Part shown: positions 24,481-34,958 of the stretch, one piece after another | How the letters are laid out: each line of letters starts with the position of its first letter | Position numbering within the stretch: the stretch's first letter is position 1 | Assembly (NCBI GenBank): GCA_002811645.1 | Contig: PDIP01000152.1 | Location: 3,326 to 46,060 of the forward strand | Length of the DNA stretch: 42,735 bases | Reading direction: 5' to 3' | Source of the DNA: Corallochytrium limacisporum Hawaii | Lineage: Eukaryota > Protista > Pluriformea | Translations under genes and position numbers: made by a program | The notes under the pieces: generated by a model | What the model saw: the letters and a program-made list of their open reading frames with translations, nothing else | What the model was told of the DNA's origin: nothing | The model's database searches: none

Positions 24481-26598
24481 GTCTTCGAGTTACCAAATTT
24501 CTCGCATCCTAACAGAACTTTCCTATTATATAGAATTCCTAATTGCTTATGACTTAGATTTGTTTGTGCACCAGACTTTCATTGGGTCAACAAGACGTCA
24601 AGCCAGACGCATTCTAAACGAGCCCCCCTCTGTCCCATCCCAGCGCGCCAGTTCACAATTGATCATCAATTGTGTCCCGATCACGAAAGGCAGAAATGAT
24701 CAGATGTGCCATAATCATTTGCGCTCCCACACTGTCTGCTCCATGCTCTCTGGCCAAAAAATTGTCCGTTCTTCATCACAAACTGGCCACAGTCCAAACA
24801 CTGAGCCCTTGGTTCCATCAGCGGGCTGGCGACAAACTTTGTGTAAACATCTGCTGTACGAACCAGCTCGACAATCTCGTACCGAATCGGGTAACGACAT
24901 GTCGACTTGACAATTGCGTCCCCTGGAAACAAAAAATACAACATTCCAGCATCTCTAGAACAGCATCCTAGGCTGCGCGCTCTCACACACCACCAACAAA
25001 GCCATCCACGGCACTGGCTAGCGCATCCAGACTTTAAACTCTACCTACGCGTCCTCCACTCCCCCCAACCCCGGGGGGGAGGGGGGAAGCTGTCCACTCC
25101 TCCTCCTCCTCTCGCAGTGGTGCGCGGCGCCAAAACTCCGACCTCTCCTGCCACATTACTGCACCCCATTCTAACGGGCTCCTTGCCAGTACATTATCTA
25201 CCAGGCTAAGCTCCCTGGTCCCCCCCTCCCCCTTTTGCCCATTAAACTTTCCCAGTGTAAGGGCCGCCGGGGTCCAGCGCTCGGAAAAGGGGGGGGCCAG
25301 AGGATTTGGGGGGGGAACGGAAGCAGCGGGAGGCCAGCCCCCCCCCCCGAGCAAAGTGGAGGGAGGGTCAACGGAACGGTACGTGACCAAGGAGCTGGGC
25401 ATAGGAGGAGGGTAGGAAGGGACGTCGTGCAAGGGAAATCACCGTGGATGCCAGGCTTTACCCAGAATGATTGAAACGCACGGAGACAGTCTGCAGTCAG
25501 ACCAAACTCACGGACATGGAGAGATTGATCTGGTGAAGAATAAGGAGCCGGACCCAGGAGTGTAAAACAACCTGAATAATCCATTATGGAGAAGTGGTGA
25601 AGTGGGTGGGCAACTCTGGCGCGCTGCGGAACGGAGTAGGCGGTTTGAAAATGAAGAGAGGAGGAAGAGAAGAAGGACGCGCTGACGTTGACTGCCATTT
25701 GGAGCCATTGAAAGTCGTTCTAAGACTAGTAAGGATATTGCTACGGAAGACCGTGTGACCTAAGTGCGTAGAACGTGAAGAGGAGGGTCGTTCATTCACT
25801 ATTGGTTTATGTACAGACCTGGGTATTGTTTTGAACTACGCGGTATATAGCGGCTTTCATATATTTGGACATGTCCGTCGTGGTACGTAACGCCACAATG
25901 CGCATTCCGGTCTTTTAAAGTTTGCTACGCTTCCCATTTACTTTCGGAGTGCCGTCTGAACCAACAACAGGAGCAGCGAGCAACTGACTATGGGCATTGG
26001 TGACCGGGTCAGTACAACGAGTGAAATTAAGAGCCTTTCCAAGTAGGCGGAATGGCTCCGCCACACATTGGGCTGTATCATCCTGGCACAACTGAAAGCT
26101 CTCCGGAACTGGGACATGGCCAACATCCTCATACTGTGCTCTGTGAAAGTCAATGGATGTAGAGTTTCTTTGCTTGAGATCTGCGCTCTTCATTCTGCTC
26201 GCACTACAGTTCTGCACCAAAAGAGCGATCCAAATGCTCCGACCTCTTCGTCTCCCACCATGTTTCGACAGGTTGATTTGGCCACTATGGAAACTAATCG
26301 CAAATAGCTGTAGTTTTGGAATTCCATCTATGCTTTTCAAAACAGACCATGCGCAGTGTGTCAGTTTTCTCCTGTGAGCCTGTGGTCCCCCTGGGAGGGC
26401 GGGCGAGGCGGGTTTGCTGATTATTTTCGCTGTTGAAGTACGAAACGCGGAAGGGAAAGGATGTCGATCGCGGTGGGTTGCACATTTGCTTTCCAGTGTG
26501 TAGCTGAAACACCTTGGCATGGATGGTTAGCGATCGCTTCATCTATCCAGAAGATGAGTGTGGTTTAACTGAGACATTCCGGTTATTGGTCAAGGTTG

Positions 26599-26769
26599 TG
26601 AACATCTATGGTCAACGGTAGGAACGGTCAAAGGATCTTGAAGGTATATAAAGGATCCCCTGCCACACACCTCTGCACACCCAGCGCTGCCACACTGCCT
26701 GAGAAAAAGTCGCAGGAGGCTCTTGACTACCGATCAATGTTCGGCATTGAGTATGTTGGAGAAGTTTAA
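26599..26769 (+). pseudogene. Remnant (or collapsed assembly) of a third sugar porter paralogue: promoter joined directly to the C-terminal tail
   Basis: 26599-26681 is identical to 22945-23027 (83 bp). 26680-26709 matches 24385-24414 at 27/30. The frame reads PSAATLPEKKSQEALDYRSMFGIEYVGEV*, versus PSAASLPEKKEHILDHISGIPDSANVYAAEV* in paralogue 2. Confidence 0.8.
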
Positions 26770-26898
26770 ATATATGTCAAATTGTCAAGTTTTCACAGAA
26801 TAAATTCGTTGGTAGAAAGATTTTTTATTGACAATTCGGGCTGGCAGCGAGAAATCACTGACGCAACTGTATCACAGTTCCGCAATAGCGTCTGTTCC

Positions 26899-27960
26899 TC
26901 AAATCATCAGGCAACTACCCATCAACCAAAGCATTACAGTCATTGTCGCCATCAGCATCATCGTTTCCTTTACCTTGGCCACCATTGTCATGATCAGTCC
27001 CGTGCTGGCGCCAGCGCCAAACTCTTGAATTTCGGTGTCTTTTTCGTCGAATGTTACCTTGCGGGTCCTGCCCGGACGGAACAGTGATGGTGTGTTGCTG
27101 CCAGCAGCATCCCCACCTGCGATGGTAATTGAAGTGAGTTTGTCTGAATCTTCACTTCTGGTAACGTGGAATTGGTCTGGATATCTCTCCAGAAAGTCAA
27201 CCAATTCGCCATGGGTTGTATTGAACTGCGCAATGCAATGTTCATCAACCCCCATGTCCAATGCGTCTTCAAACAGGTCCATGCCAGTGATTGGTCTTCC
27301 GCCATGCTCGATCAACACTTTCAGGAAGATGTCGACCCAGTCTTCAGCCATTTGTTCGGAATTGGGAACGTGCATCGTCCCCTTATGGGTGGCTGGAATA
27401 TCGTCGACGACAATTGGGCAGTCTCCAACCATGTATGGCCCTCGTGAAAGATCAGTGGCTTTGAAAGTCACCATCATACCAACCGCAAGTTTGTCTCCCG
27501 AGCGAAAGTCTTCCCACTGTGGGTATCCGCCAAACTTATCCATGGCAATACAGTACAAAATGTCTTTGATGACCTTGCCGTTTTCAAGGACCGCAGTATC
27601 TGCTGGTAACTGTTTGGGCGCTTGTACGAGGACAGAGTCTTTCTTGACCTCGACAATGATGCCGGTGCTGCGACCCAAAGGAGGGCGCACATGTAGGCAG
27701 AGGTAAGCGACATGTCGCTCGAGAAATCGTTCGTACTTTTTCGCGAAGACTTGGAACGAAAAGCAAGTGTCGCGGAAGGCTTCATTTACTTCAGGGATCC
27801 GGGGGAAGATATCATCAACTCGTACCCAACTCGTCAGAGTCTGACCACGCTCTTTGCGGCACTGATCCAGTTCCCACAGGAAGAAATGAAGCCATTCTCG
27901 TTCCGTGCTAGGCACTTTACCAGAAATTCTGGGAGCGGTGGTTAATGACATGTTCACCAT
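26899..27960 (-). CDS. Cluster gene A: predicted Egalitarian/LOTUS-like winged helix + cold-shock-like OB + winged helix + hydrophobic C-terminal tail
   Basis: The N-terminal ~175 aa align with the 34959-36524 protein (TEREWxHFxLWE, GRxTGIIV, WExFRxGDxLxVGMMVTF, PxVVxDIP). The second module EDWVDIFLKVLIEHGGRPI..LVDFLERYPDQFHV matches the repeats in gene B. Probable start is ATG 27960; the ORF is open to 28347. Confidence 0.75.
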   Translation of the reverse strand: MVNMSLTTAPRISGKVPSTEREWLHFFLWELDQCRKERGQTLTSWVRVDDIFPRIPEVNEAFRDTCFSFQVFAKKYERFLERHVAYLCLHVRPPLGRSTGIIVEVKKDSVLVQAPKQLPADTAVLENGKVIKDILYCIAMDKFGGYPQWEDFRSGDKLAVGMMVTFKATDLSRGPYMVGDCPIVVDDIPATHKGTMHVPNSEQMAEDWVDIFLKVLIEHGGRPITGMDLFEDALDMGVDEHCIAQFNTTHGELVDFLERYPDQFHVTRSEDSDKLTSITIAGGDAAGSNTPSLFRPGRTRKVTFDEKDTEIQEFGAGASTGLIMTMVAKVKETMMLMATMTVMLWLMGSCLMI

Positions 27961-28412
27961 GATGCCAAATTGCTCTCTTGAGATTAAACTGATGCCCTGA
28001 TCTCTTATTGGCTTGAAAGGAACAGAAAAGAAATGTGCGCTTCGATCTGGTGCAATTGAAGAGCTCTTGAAAATACCTTTCCCTTCCGTCCCCTCAGACG
28101 GCCTGAGCAATGCGCACGGACTATACGGGAGCAGTAGTGGTACGTCGGAGATTTCCCGTTCCGGTCGGTGCGACGATGATGAGAGCACTCTCTGAGCGAA
28201 GCGTGGTGGGACTGTTGATGATGGTAGAGATCTAATGAAGCGGACCAAAAACACCCGGAAAGGGTCCATTTGATGGCTGGATATCATCACCCCCTCGTTT
28301 GGCCCCCAACCGGTCCCTTTGTGCGTGAAAGGGAAATTAAGCAACAACCGCCCGTACTGCTTAGGCAGTGCTCAGGTCCAAATTGGGCCTTCTTCCCCGC
28401 GACCCCTCCCCC

Positions 28413-28422
28413 TTCTCTCTCG

Positions 28423-28455
<33 letters not shown>
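28413..28455. repeat. (CT)n microsatellite
   Basis: Imperfect CT dinucleotide run. Confidence 0.9.
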
Positions 28456-29317
28456 CTTTGGTCGACTTGGCCCCAAGCTATCTCTATCGCCCAGGCCCAG
28501 GCCCAGGTATGGGAACCAGAAAACCCACCCAACGCCCTACAAAACCTTGGCTTTTTTTTTGTTTTTTCTCTCTTTTTTTCTCTCACTCTCTCTCACTGCT
28601 CTTCTCGTCTTCTCGCGGTGTGTCTTGTGTTTCTGTTGAGTGTGTGTGTGTGTGTATTCCAGTGTTTCTGGCTCATTTGCCGGTTACTGGGATCTCTCTT
28701 CCCCGAATTGACTGCCACTGTCTTTTTCTTTCTTTTTTTTTGAATTTTCTCCGGTCTCATTGAATTTTTGTGGGTTCTGACTGCCCACCTTTTCTTTTCT
28801 TTTCTTTTTTGGCCTACCCTCCGCTTTTGCTCTCTCTCTCTCTCTCGCGCTCAGAGTTCTCTTCTTCCCCCCCCCCTCCCTTTCTCTTACGCTTTGGTTT
28901 GTGTGTGGGTGTGTGCGCAGGCTGAACACACGTTCGAACGTAAAAAACGACAACAACCAAAAAAAACCAACGAGGCCACCCCCACCACCACCACCCAACC
29001 CAGCAAAGGATTTCCGGCACCCAAAGGTGAAAGCAGGAGAGAGAAAAACTTCCATTTCCCCTGACCACGTAAAAAAAGGAAAGGCGGCGGCCCAATTCCA
29101 ATTACCACGGCATTTTTTTTTTTTGGGTTCTTTTCCCCGGGCCGGGAGGGAAGAGGGAAGATGGAAACGGGCCAGCCAATTGGAGAGACGGTGCGGACGG
29201 ATTGCGGGACTTTATTTGGGCCCCCTTTCAAAACTACGGGGCTCCCAAGGGAGGTTGGGGGAGGGCCGGTGCGAGCAGTCGTGGAGGCGAAACCACCGCC
29301 TTTGCTCCCGCTGGTGT

Positions 29318-29341
29318 TGTGTGTGTGTGTGTGTGTGTGTG
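29318..29341. repeat. (GT)n microsatellite
   Basis: GT dinucleotide run. Confidence 0.9.
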
Positions 29342-30094
29342 GCTTTGGGTGTTTGATGGAGGAGTGGGCTTGGTTTTCATTTGGCTTTGTTTGGTATTAC
29401 GAAGCCAGCCAAATTCGGGATCAAACAATGAAGGCTTATTGTATGTGTGTGTGTGTGTACACATGCGAGCTTGCACCAGCATTGGAGTAGTGATCAGATC
29501 CTTTGGTGTGTTGAACGAGCGGGATCTTCCCTGCATCATGCCTGGATACATTCAATCTAGCACTGGTGCTAATGGCTGGATGGGCTGTATTGTGAGTTTG
29601 TGATGTCGGATCCTGTGTTTTTCGCTTCATGCATTGCTGCCTGTATCATCTCTCTTGTCTCTTAGGCTCCCGCGGTAGCCAAAATCGAGAGCAAAGTGTG
29701 CGAAGCGCGAGAGACAGCGAGAGAGAGAGATTGGGAATAGCGGCGTGGGTGCTCCTGAGCCACAGAGTTGCCACGACCCCAGCCACGAAACCCCCCGGAA
29801 CCGGGGGGGTGCTCCCGCGGAGGGAGGGGTTGCGGGAGAAGGTCTGACAACATTGACAAAAAATCGAATCGCGGCTATCTACGGCGCCAGGGGGGGAGGG
29901 AATTAAGGCAAACGGGGACCACTGGCCCGGGCGGTTTGGGGCAAATGCGCAGAGAGCTGCACGGGTTCTTCATTGACCAATGCGAAAGCAGAGCTCTGCG
30001 CGCATTTTGAGGGTCGTTTCAGAGTTTTCTACCCCTTTTTGAGGTCCGTTCTCTTTGAAACCGAGACGTTCTGGACGGGCTGATCTCGGCTCTA

Positions 30095-30319
30095 CTACCG
30101 GATGTGGTCCTGGCCAGTGAGCCCGGAAAGCATTGCCTGTGTATCCTCACGCGCTGCCAAACTGATACGTTCCTCGTCCTCCGCACTTGGAGGAAATACC
30201 GAAGGTACAATGCTCAATACCCCCTTCTCTAGGTCGAGCTTCCGTAATTCGCAGTCAACCGTCTCGCCCAGGTCTCGTAAGACCACATCTACTGAGTCCG
30301 CGACGTTGCGGTGCACACG
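30095..30319 (-). CDS. In-frame C-terminal continuation of gene B beyond the TAG at 30320-30322
   Basis: Same frame as 30320-32899. It reads RVHRNVADSVDVVLR..., which resembles the C-terminal part of Ycf45-like ATPases, and ends in tandem TAG TAG (30092-30097). Confidence 0.7.
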   Translation of the reverse strand, partial: RVHRNVADSVDVVLRDLGETVDCELRKLDLEKGVLSIVPSVFPPSAEDEERISLAAREDTQAMLSGLTGQDHIR

Positions 30320-32899
30320 CTACATGCTCATGGACAGTAACTCGATCACAACCTGAAAAGCAGGTTCTTGTACGCGCTCCAAGCGCGTCTTGGTTACCGC
30401 GCCCTCTTTCTGACGTTCTCCTGCGCTGAGAATGACCTTCTGTACGCCGCCAACCAATTTGCACAAGCCTGGGCTGTTAATTATATCCTTTAGCGTCCGA
30501 CCGTGAGCTGTCGCAATCAGTTGGACGCCCCGCTCCTGGATACCTACCGCTTGCATGACCTCCTGGGGAGCGCCGATTTCATCGATGACCAGCGTCTGGG
30601 GGGAGTGATTCTGAACAGCTTCGAGCATGGTCTTGTACTGAGCGCTGCGGCTTTGGCACTTCATACGGCGCGCCCAACCAACCGCTGGGTGAGGGAGATG
30701 GCTCTCACCGGCGATCTCATTTGAAGTGTCCACAATAATTACTCGCCGATGGCACTCGTCAGCCAGCAATCGCGCAATGTCACGGAGAAGGGTCGTTTTG
30801 CCTCGGCCTGGAGGTCCCACCAGTAGTATACTTTGTTGTTGATCCTTAACGACGTCGCTGACTGACTGTGCAATACCTCTGGCAGTACGGGCAGCCCGCA
30901 CAGTTATACCAACCACTTCATCCTCAATTTCGACTGCTTTGGCTTCCGCATCCATGTTGGGTAAATTTGAACAATGGCGCAAGATTGGATCACAGATTAC
31001 AGAGCAACGATGCAAAGAGTTGCCCATACAGGCACGATTTGCGTCGCTGACTCTGCCACAGTTACGCAGAACATCTGTAAGATCTGAGTGTTTGACAGTG
31101 CACGTAGGCCCCAAGTCCACAGCTTTCTGTCCTCCGGCGAGGTACAGGAGCGCTGGGCGTCCAATGTCGAGGGCAACATCTACCAGAAAGCCCTCTAGAC
31201 GCTCTAGGCCCACCTTGTCGCGTGCTGCGTCAGCAATATGCTTGGGTAAAGCATTGAGAAGAGTTCTCACATCTGACTCAACAACGACCTCACAGTCACG
31301 CCGACCAAAGCCTCTGTCGGCCTTGCCGTTAAGATCGCCATCGGAAGACGCATCAGCACAGGTGATGAGCTGTGCAAAAAGCGTTGATACATCAGGGACA
31401 CAGGCAATGTCAGTCTCCTGGCTGGCTCCATTCTGCCTCTCAGCCTCAAAGATGTAGCGGGAAATCCGAGCGTTGCTCTGCGACAGGACTTTTTGCGCAA
31501 CGCTCAAGCGCAGACTCTGGCCCAGAAGTGCCTCCGTGGCAGTGTACAGTAGCAGCACGTCTAACGCGGCATAGCGTTGCCCTTCCTCACTGAGTGGTCG
31601 CCGGCGCCAAAACCCTGGATGCGTCTTGTGAGGTGCATGGTCTTTCCATGAGTGCGGCTGGCCAGTCATCTCTTCGACCAGTGCATCGAGACCAATGCAG
31701 GGACCACTTTCTAAGTGACGCTGTCTGGTAATCTGGCGGCCCTCGATTATATTTTTGTACGCGAGTTGTGTATCTATGACCTTGGTTACATTCACGTTAT
31801 TCCGTGCCAAAGCCAACGCATCCTTGCGGCAGTCATGGAAAACTTTGATAATCTGTTCATCTTGCAGCACGTCCCGCAGACCAGCATCCATAAGTTCAGG
31901 GCATTCCACTAAGTCAAAGAGATAGGCAGTTTGCTGGTCAGCAGCAATCTGCAGAAGTGCCACCGCGTGTCCTGGGCTGTCAAAGTCAAAACCTTCACAG
32001 TCAACGGTAATCCACCGCTGCTCCCTGAGCAAACTGGCACATATTTTGGCGCCTTCGGCTACATCAGTCACCATTCTGATGTCGGCCTCTTTCAAAGCGC
32101 TGAAGATGTCTGGATTAGGCAAGGAATTCTCAGAGACGTTGTTTCCGCCATTGCTGCTACCTACACCAACTGCCTGTGAAGGAGAAACTCCCCCGTTGAT
32201 CGATGTTACATCTTCCTTGGTAACCGTCTTCTTGGGCGCACCGGAAGCTCTGGCGACAGCGACTGAGGTCAGAGATACATGCGCCTGGCCGCCTATAACC
32301 TGGACTGTAAAGGTATGACTGTTCTGTTGTAGAAATTCTGTTAGTTTTCCAGGACCCGGAAACCCGCCACTCCAATGCGCAACTGTGCCAACTTGAACCA
32401 TCAGTTGACTGAGCGATAGATGTTTCTGTTTCTGATTGAGTAGTACCCTAATAAAAACGTTGACCCAATCTTCTGGAGTATGTGGAGAACGCAACAGTGT
32501 CCCATTGGCAACGGCACTGACACTCGACCTTGAGCCTGCAGGGGCTTTGACAGCAGCCCGAGTCAGATACACTTGGATCTGGTCGCCTTCATTCAGGAAT
32601 CTGAAGTAATGGTTGTTTTGCCGTAGAAACTCTATGAGCTTTCCAGGGCCCGGAAATCCGCCACTCCAGTGCGCAACTGTGCCAACTTGCTGCATCAAAT
32701 GATTGAGCTGAAGGGGTTCGTTGTGATTGAGTAGGACCTTGATAAACACATTGACCCACTCTTCTGGAGTCTGTGGAGATCGCAAAAGTCTCCCGTTGAC
32801 GTTAACACCAACTTCCGAATTTGATCCCCCAGGAGCCTGCATCATGTTTCCATTGAGATCAATACCTGGAGGTCTGAAGGCAACTGTATTCACAATCAT
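30320..32899 (-). CDS. Cluster gene B: 2x winged-helix repeat + DEDDy 3'-5' exonuclease (EXD1/Egalitarian-like) + Ycf45/SpoIIIAA-type AAA ATPase fusion
   Basis: ExoI ITVDCEG, LLQIA, ExoII KVFHDCRKD, IDTQLAY and ExoIII WRRRPLS..YAALDV. Walker A GPPGRGKTT, IVDTSNEIAG, EAVQNHSP, Walker B LVIDEIG and GVQLIATAHG. Confidence 0.9.
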   Translation of the reverse strand: MIVNTVAFRPPGIDLNGNMMQAPGGSNSEVGVNVNGRLLRSPQTPEEWVNVFIKVLLNHNEPLQLNHLMQQVGTVAHWSGGFPGPGKLIEFLRQNNHYFRFLNEGDQIQVYLTRAAVKAPAGSRSSVSAVANGTLLRSPHTPEDWVNVFIRVLLNQKQKHLSLSQLMVQVGTVAHWSGGFPGPGKLTEFLQQNSHTFTVQVIGGQAHVSLTSVAVARASGAPKKTVTKEDVTSINGGVSPSQAVGVGSSNGGNNVSENSLPNPDIFSALKEADIRMVTDVAEGAKICASLLREQRWITVDCEGFDFDSPGHAVALLQIAADQQTAYLFDLVECPELMDAGLRDVLQDEQIIKVFHDCRKDALALARNNVNVTKVIDTQLAYKNIIEGRQITRQRHLESGPCIGLDALVEEMTGQPHSWKDHAPHKTHPGFWRRRPLSEEGQRYAALDVLLLYTATEALLGQSLRLSVAQKVLSQSNARISRYIFEAERQNGASQETDIACVPDVSTLFAQLITCADASSDGDLNGKADRGFGRRDCEVVVESDVRTLLNALPKHIADAARDKVGLERLEGFLVDVALDIGRPALLYLAGGQKAVDLGPTCTVKHSDLTDVLRNCGRVSDANRACMGNSLHRCSVICDPILRHCSNLPNMDAEAKAVEIEDEVVGITVRAARTARGIAQSVSDVVKDQQQSILLVGPPGRGKTTLLRDIARLLADECHRRVIIVDTSNEIAGESHLPHPAVGWARRMKCQSRSAQYKTMLEAVQNHSPQTLVIDEIGAPQEVMQAVGIQERGVQLIATAHGRTLKDIINSPGLCKLVGGVQKVILSAGERQKEGAVTKTRLERVQEPAFQVVIELLSMSM
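32267..32797 (-). repeat. Internal coding duplication in gene B (aa 35-113 and 132-211, 97-aa period)
   Basis: NGxLLRSPxTPExWVNVFIxVLLN...QVGTVAHWSGGFPGPGKLxEFLxQNxHxF occurs twice, and the similarity is also visible at DNA level. Confidence 0.95.
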
Positions 32900-33562
32900 T
32901 AAGTTAAATGATCCTTGTCTTCGTCGGCTCCAGTACAGAGAGATCTGACTACCCTGGGATAAATTTTACGCGATGCCTCACGTACCTTGTCTCCAAGTCC
33001 CTCATATCAAGCTTGCGATACCCGGCACCACATACCATATCTTGCTATCAGTTTATCGTGCGCCTGCCATGGCAACACGTCACCCCCGCTTCAACGCCTA
33101 CACAGTCCTCGTCGGAACTCCGAATCGACACACACACACTCGCGCCGCAGGCCGGTTACTCCTGATTTCCTGCCTATCAATCCCAACATGCGCGATGTCT
33201 GCACTTGCGCGTTTGAAAAGTCGGCTTGGTCTCCCGGGGACTCTTTTGGTTCCGCCTTTTCCGTGGCTTCCTGCGGAACCCGCACAGTTCGTCGCGCCAA
33301 TGTGCCTCCACTCGAGAACATGTGAACACATAGTGAACATTTGAGAAGTTTTGATGGACACATTCTGGTTCGGTCCTGTTCGGTGTTGAGCCCTGTGGTG
33401 TACTAGTGGGTTGGCGCCTTGTTGAGCATTTTGTGTGTAACTCACATGTATTTTGGGTGCAACCCAGCACCTTTGCTGACGACAAAGTCTGTGTGCCCAC
33501 CGGACACTCTCCTCGCACGGATGGAATGCCCCGGGGATTGCCGGTTGGTAGCCCGACACTTT

Positions 33563-33582
33563 ACACACACACACACACACAC
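33563..33582. repeat. (AC)n microsatellite
   Basis: AC dinucleotide run. Confidence 0.9.
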
Positions 33583-34958
33583 CCGAAGACTGTGTGGCTG
33601 TTGTTTAGCGAAAGGGCATCGAACTCTGCACCGATCGTCTGCGGAGGGTGCGTGGGGGAGGGGGGGAACCACGCACGGGCGAAAGGGCAGGGTCGAAGAC
33701 CCGCGTGGCTGGAGGAAGCGAGATGGCTTGTGTTTTATCAGGCGATAGAATACTAATCTCAACGCACTCTACGGTGATCACAGAGTTATCCATTACCACG
33801 CCTCTTAAGGTTCCATTTCCACTACCACCTGTCAATAGTTGCATGCATGCACAGTGTGACGATTTAAAGCGTTTGTGCTTCTCTAGTGACGATGCTGCCC
33901 GGCCTGTGTTCCTGCCCGGTTTGAAACAAAAGACAAAAGGACATTACCTGCGCCCATTTCGCTTTCGCTGTCACGCAGGCAGCAAGCAAGCACACATGTA
34001 GTAGCCCACACATTGATTCATGCTGGTTCACCTCACTCCTGCTTCTTCTGCATCACAACTGTGTTTTTGGACGAAGCCTTGCGCATCCGCTCTGCGCATG
34101 TTTCCTTAGCAAATTGTAAATTGGACTTGTTCAACCTTGGGACTGTTTTGGCTGGTCGGCTGAAGATAAATTTCTCTCACTCTCTCTCTCTCCCTGTCTT
34201 TCTGGTCCAACCCCCCCCCCCCAAAAACCCCGTTGCTCCCCTCAAAAGTTAAATCCCCGAAACTCCGTAGCCACCCCTCCCCTCACTCTCTCTCTCCGTC
34301 TCCCTGCTTCGCTCCGGTACTTTAACTTCCCGGGAGGGGGGGGGGGGCGCCAGGAGCCCCGCAGCTGTGGCCGGCGGCGGGGCGTCGTTCCTTGGGCGAG
34401 AGTGACAGGCACGTCAAGGCCGTGGACGGCACCCACTACCTGCGTAAACGATTCGGTACCACCAGTACCAGACCCTCCCAGGGCCCCTCCCCCTTCTTTT
34501 TCCTTCTCTTTTGTCAGCCTAGGACGAAGGAAAAAAAATGTCGTGTCTAGGGCCCCCCTCCTCAAGCCACCCAACCCCCGCCTATTCGACTGGTTAAGCT
34601 TTGGCCTCCTCCTTCTTTCAGCTGTGTTATTACCAAAAAGAAATTAATCCCAATTTCATGGCTCGGAGCTTCACGAAATATAGGCGGTGGGACCCGCGTT
34701 GGGGACCGCAAAGCCATTGACCGCTGTGCATAGCGACTTTAGAGCAACATGCAGTGTTCATTTTGTTTTCATTCATGAACATCTGCTCCAATTAGTGTCC
34801 TTGCGCGCACCCCAAGTCCTATCATGATATGAGAACAAACAGTAATGTACCAAGGAAACGCTCTGTATTCTAATTTCAAATTCGTTCATAATCTAGGCTT
34901 GGAATGTTGTATGCCGGTGTCTGGAGCGAGTGCACCACATTGCTGGTGCAAACAACCC

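Noticed and set aside
27961-28347. N-terminal extension of gene A
   Set aside because: It begins at a non-ATG codon, looks UTR-like, and paralogy with gene C starts only after ATG 27960.
30320-30322. Genome-wide TAG reassignment
   Set aside because: TAG ends MCAD at the expected family C-terminus and also ends the AAAP and secreted-protein ORFs.
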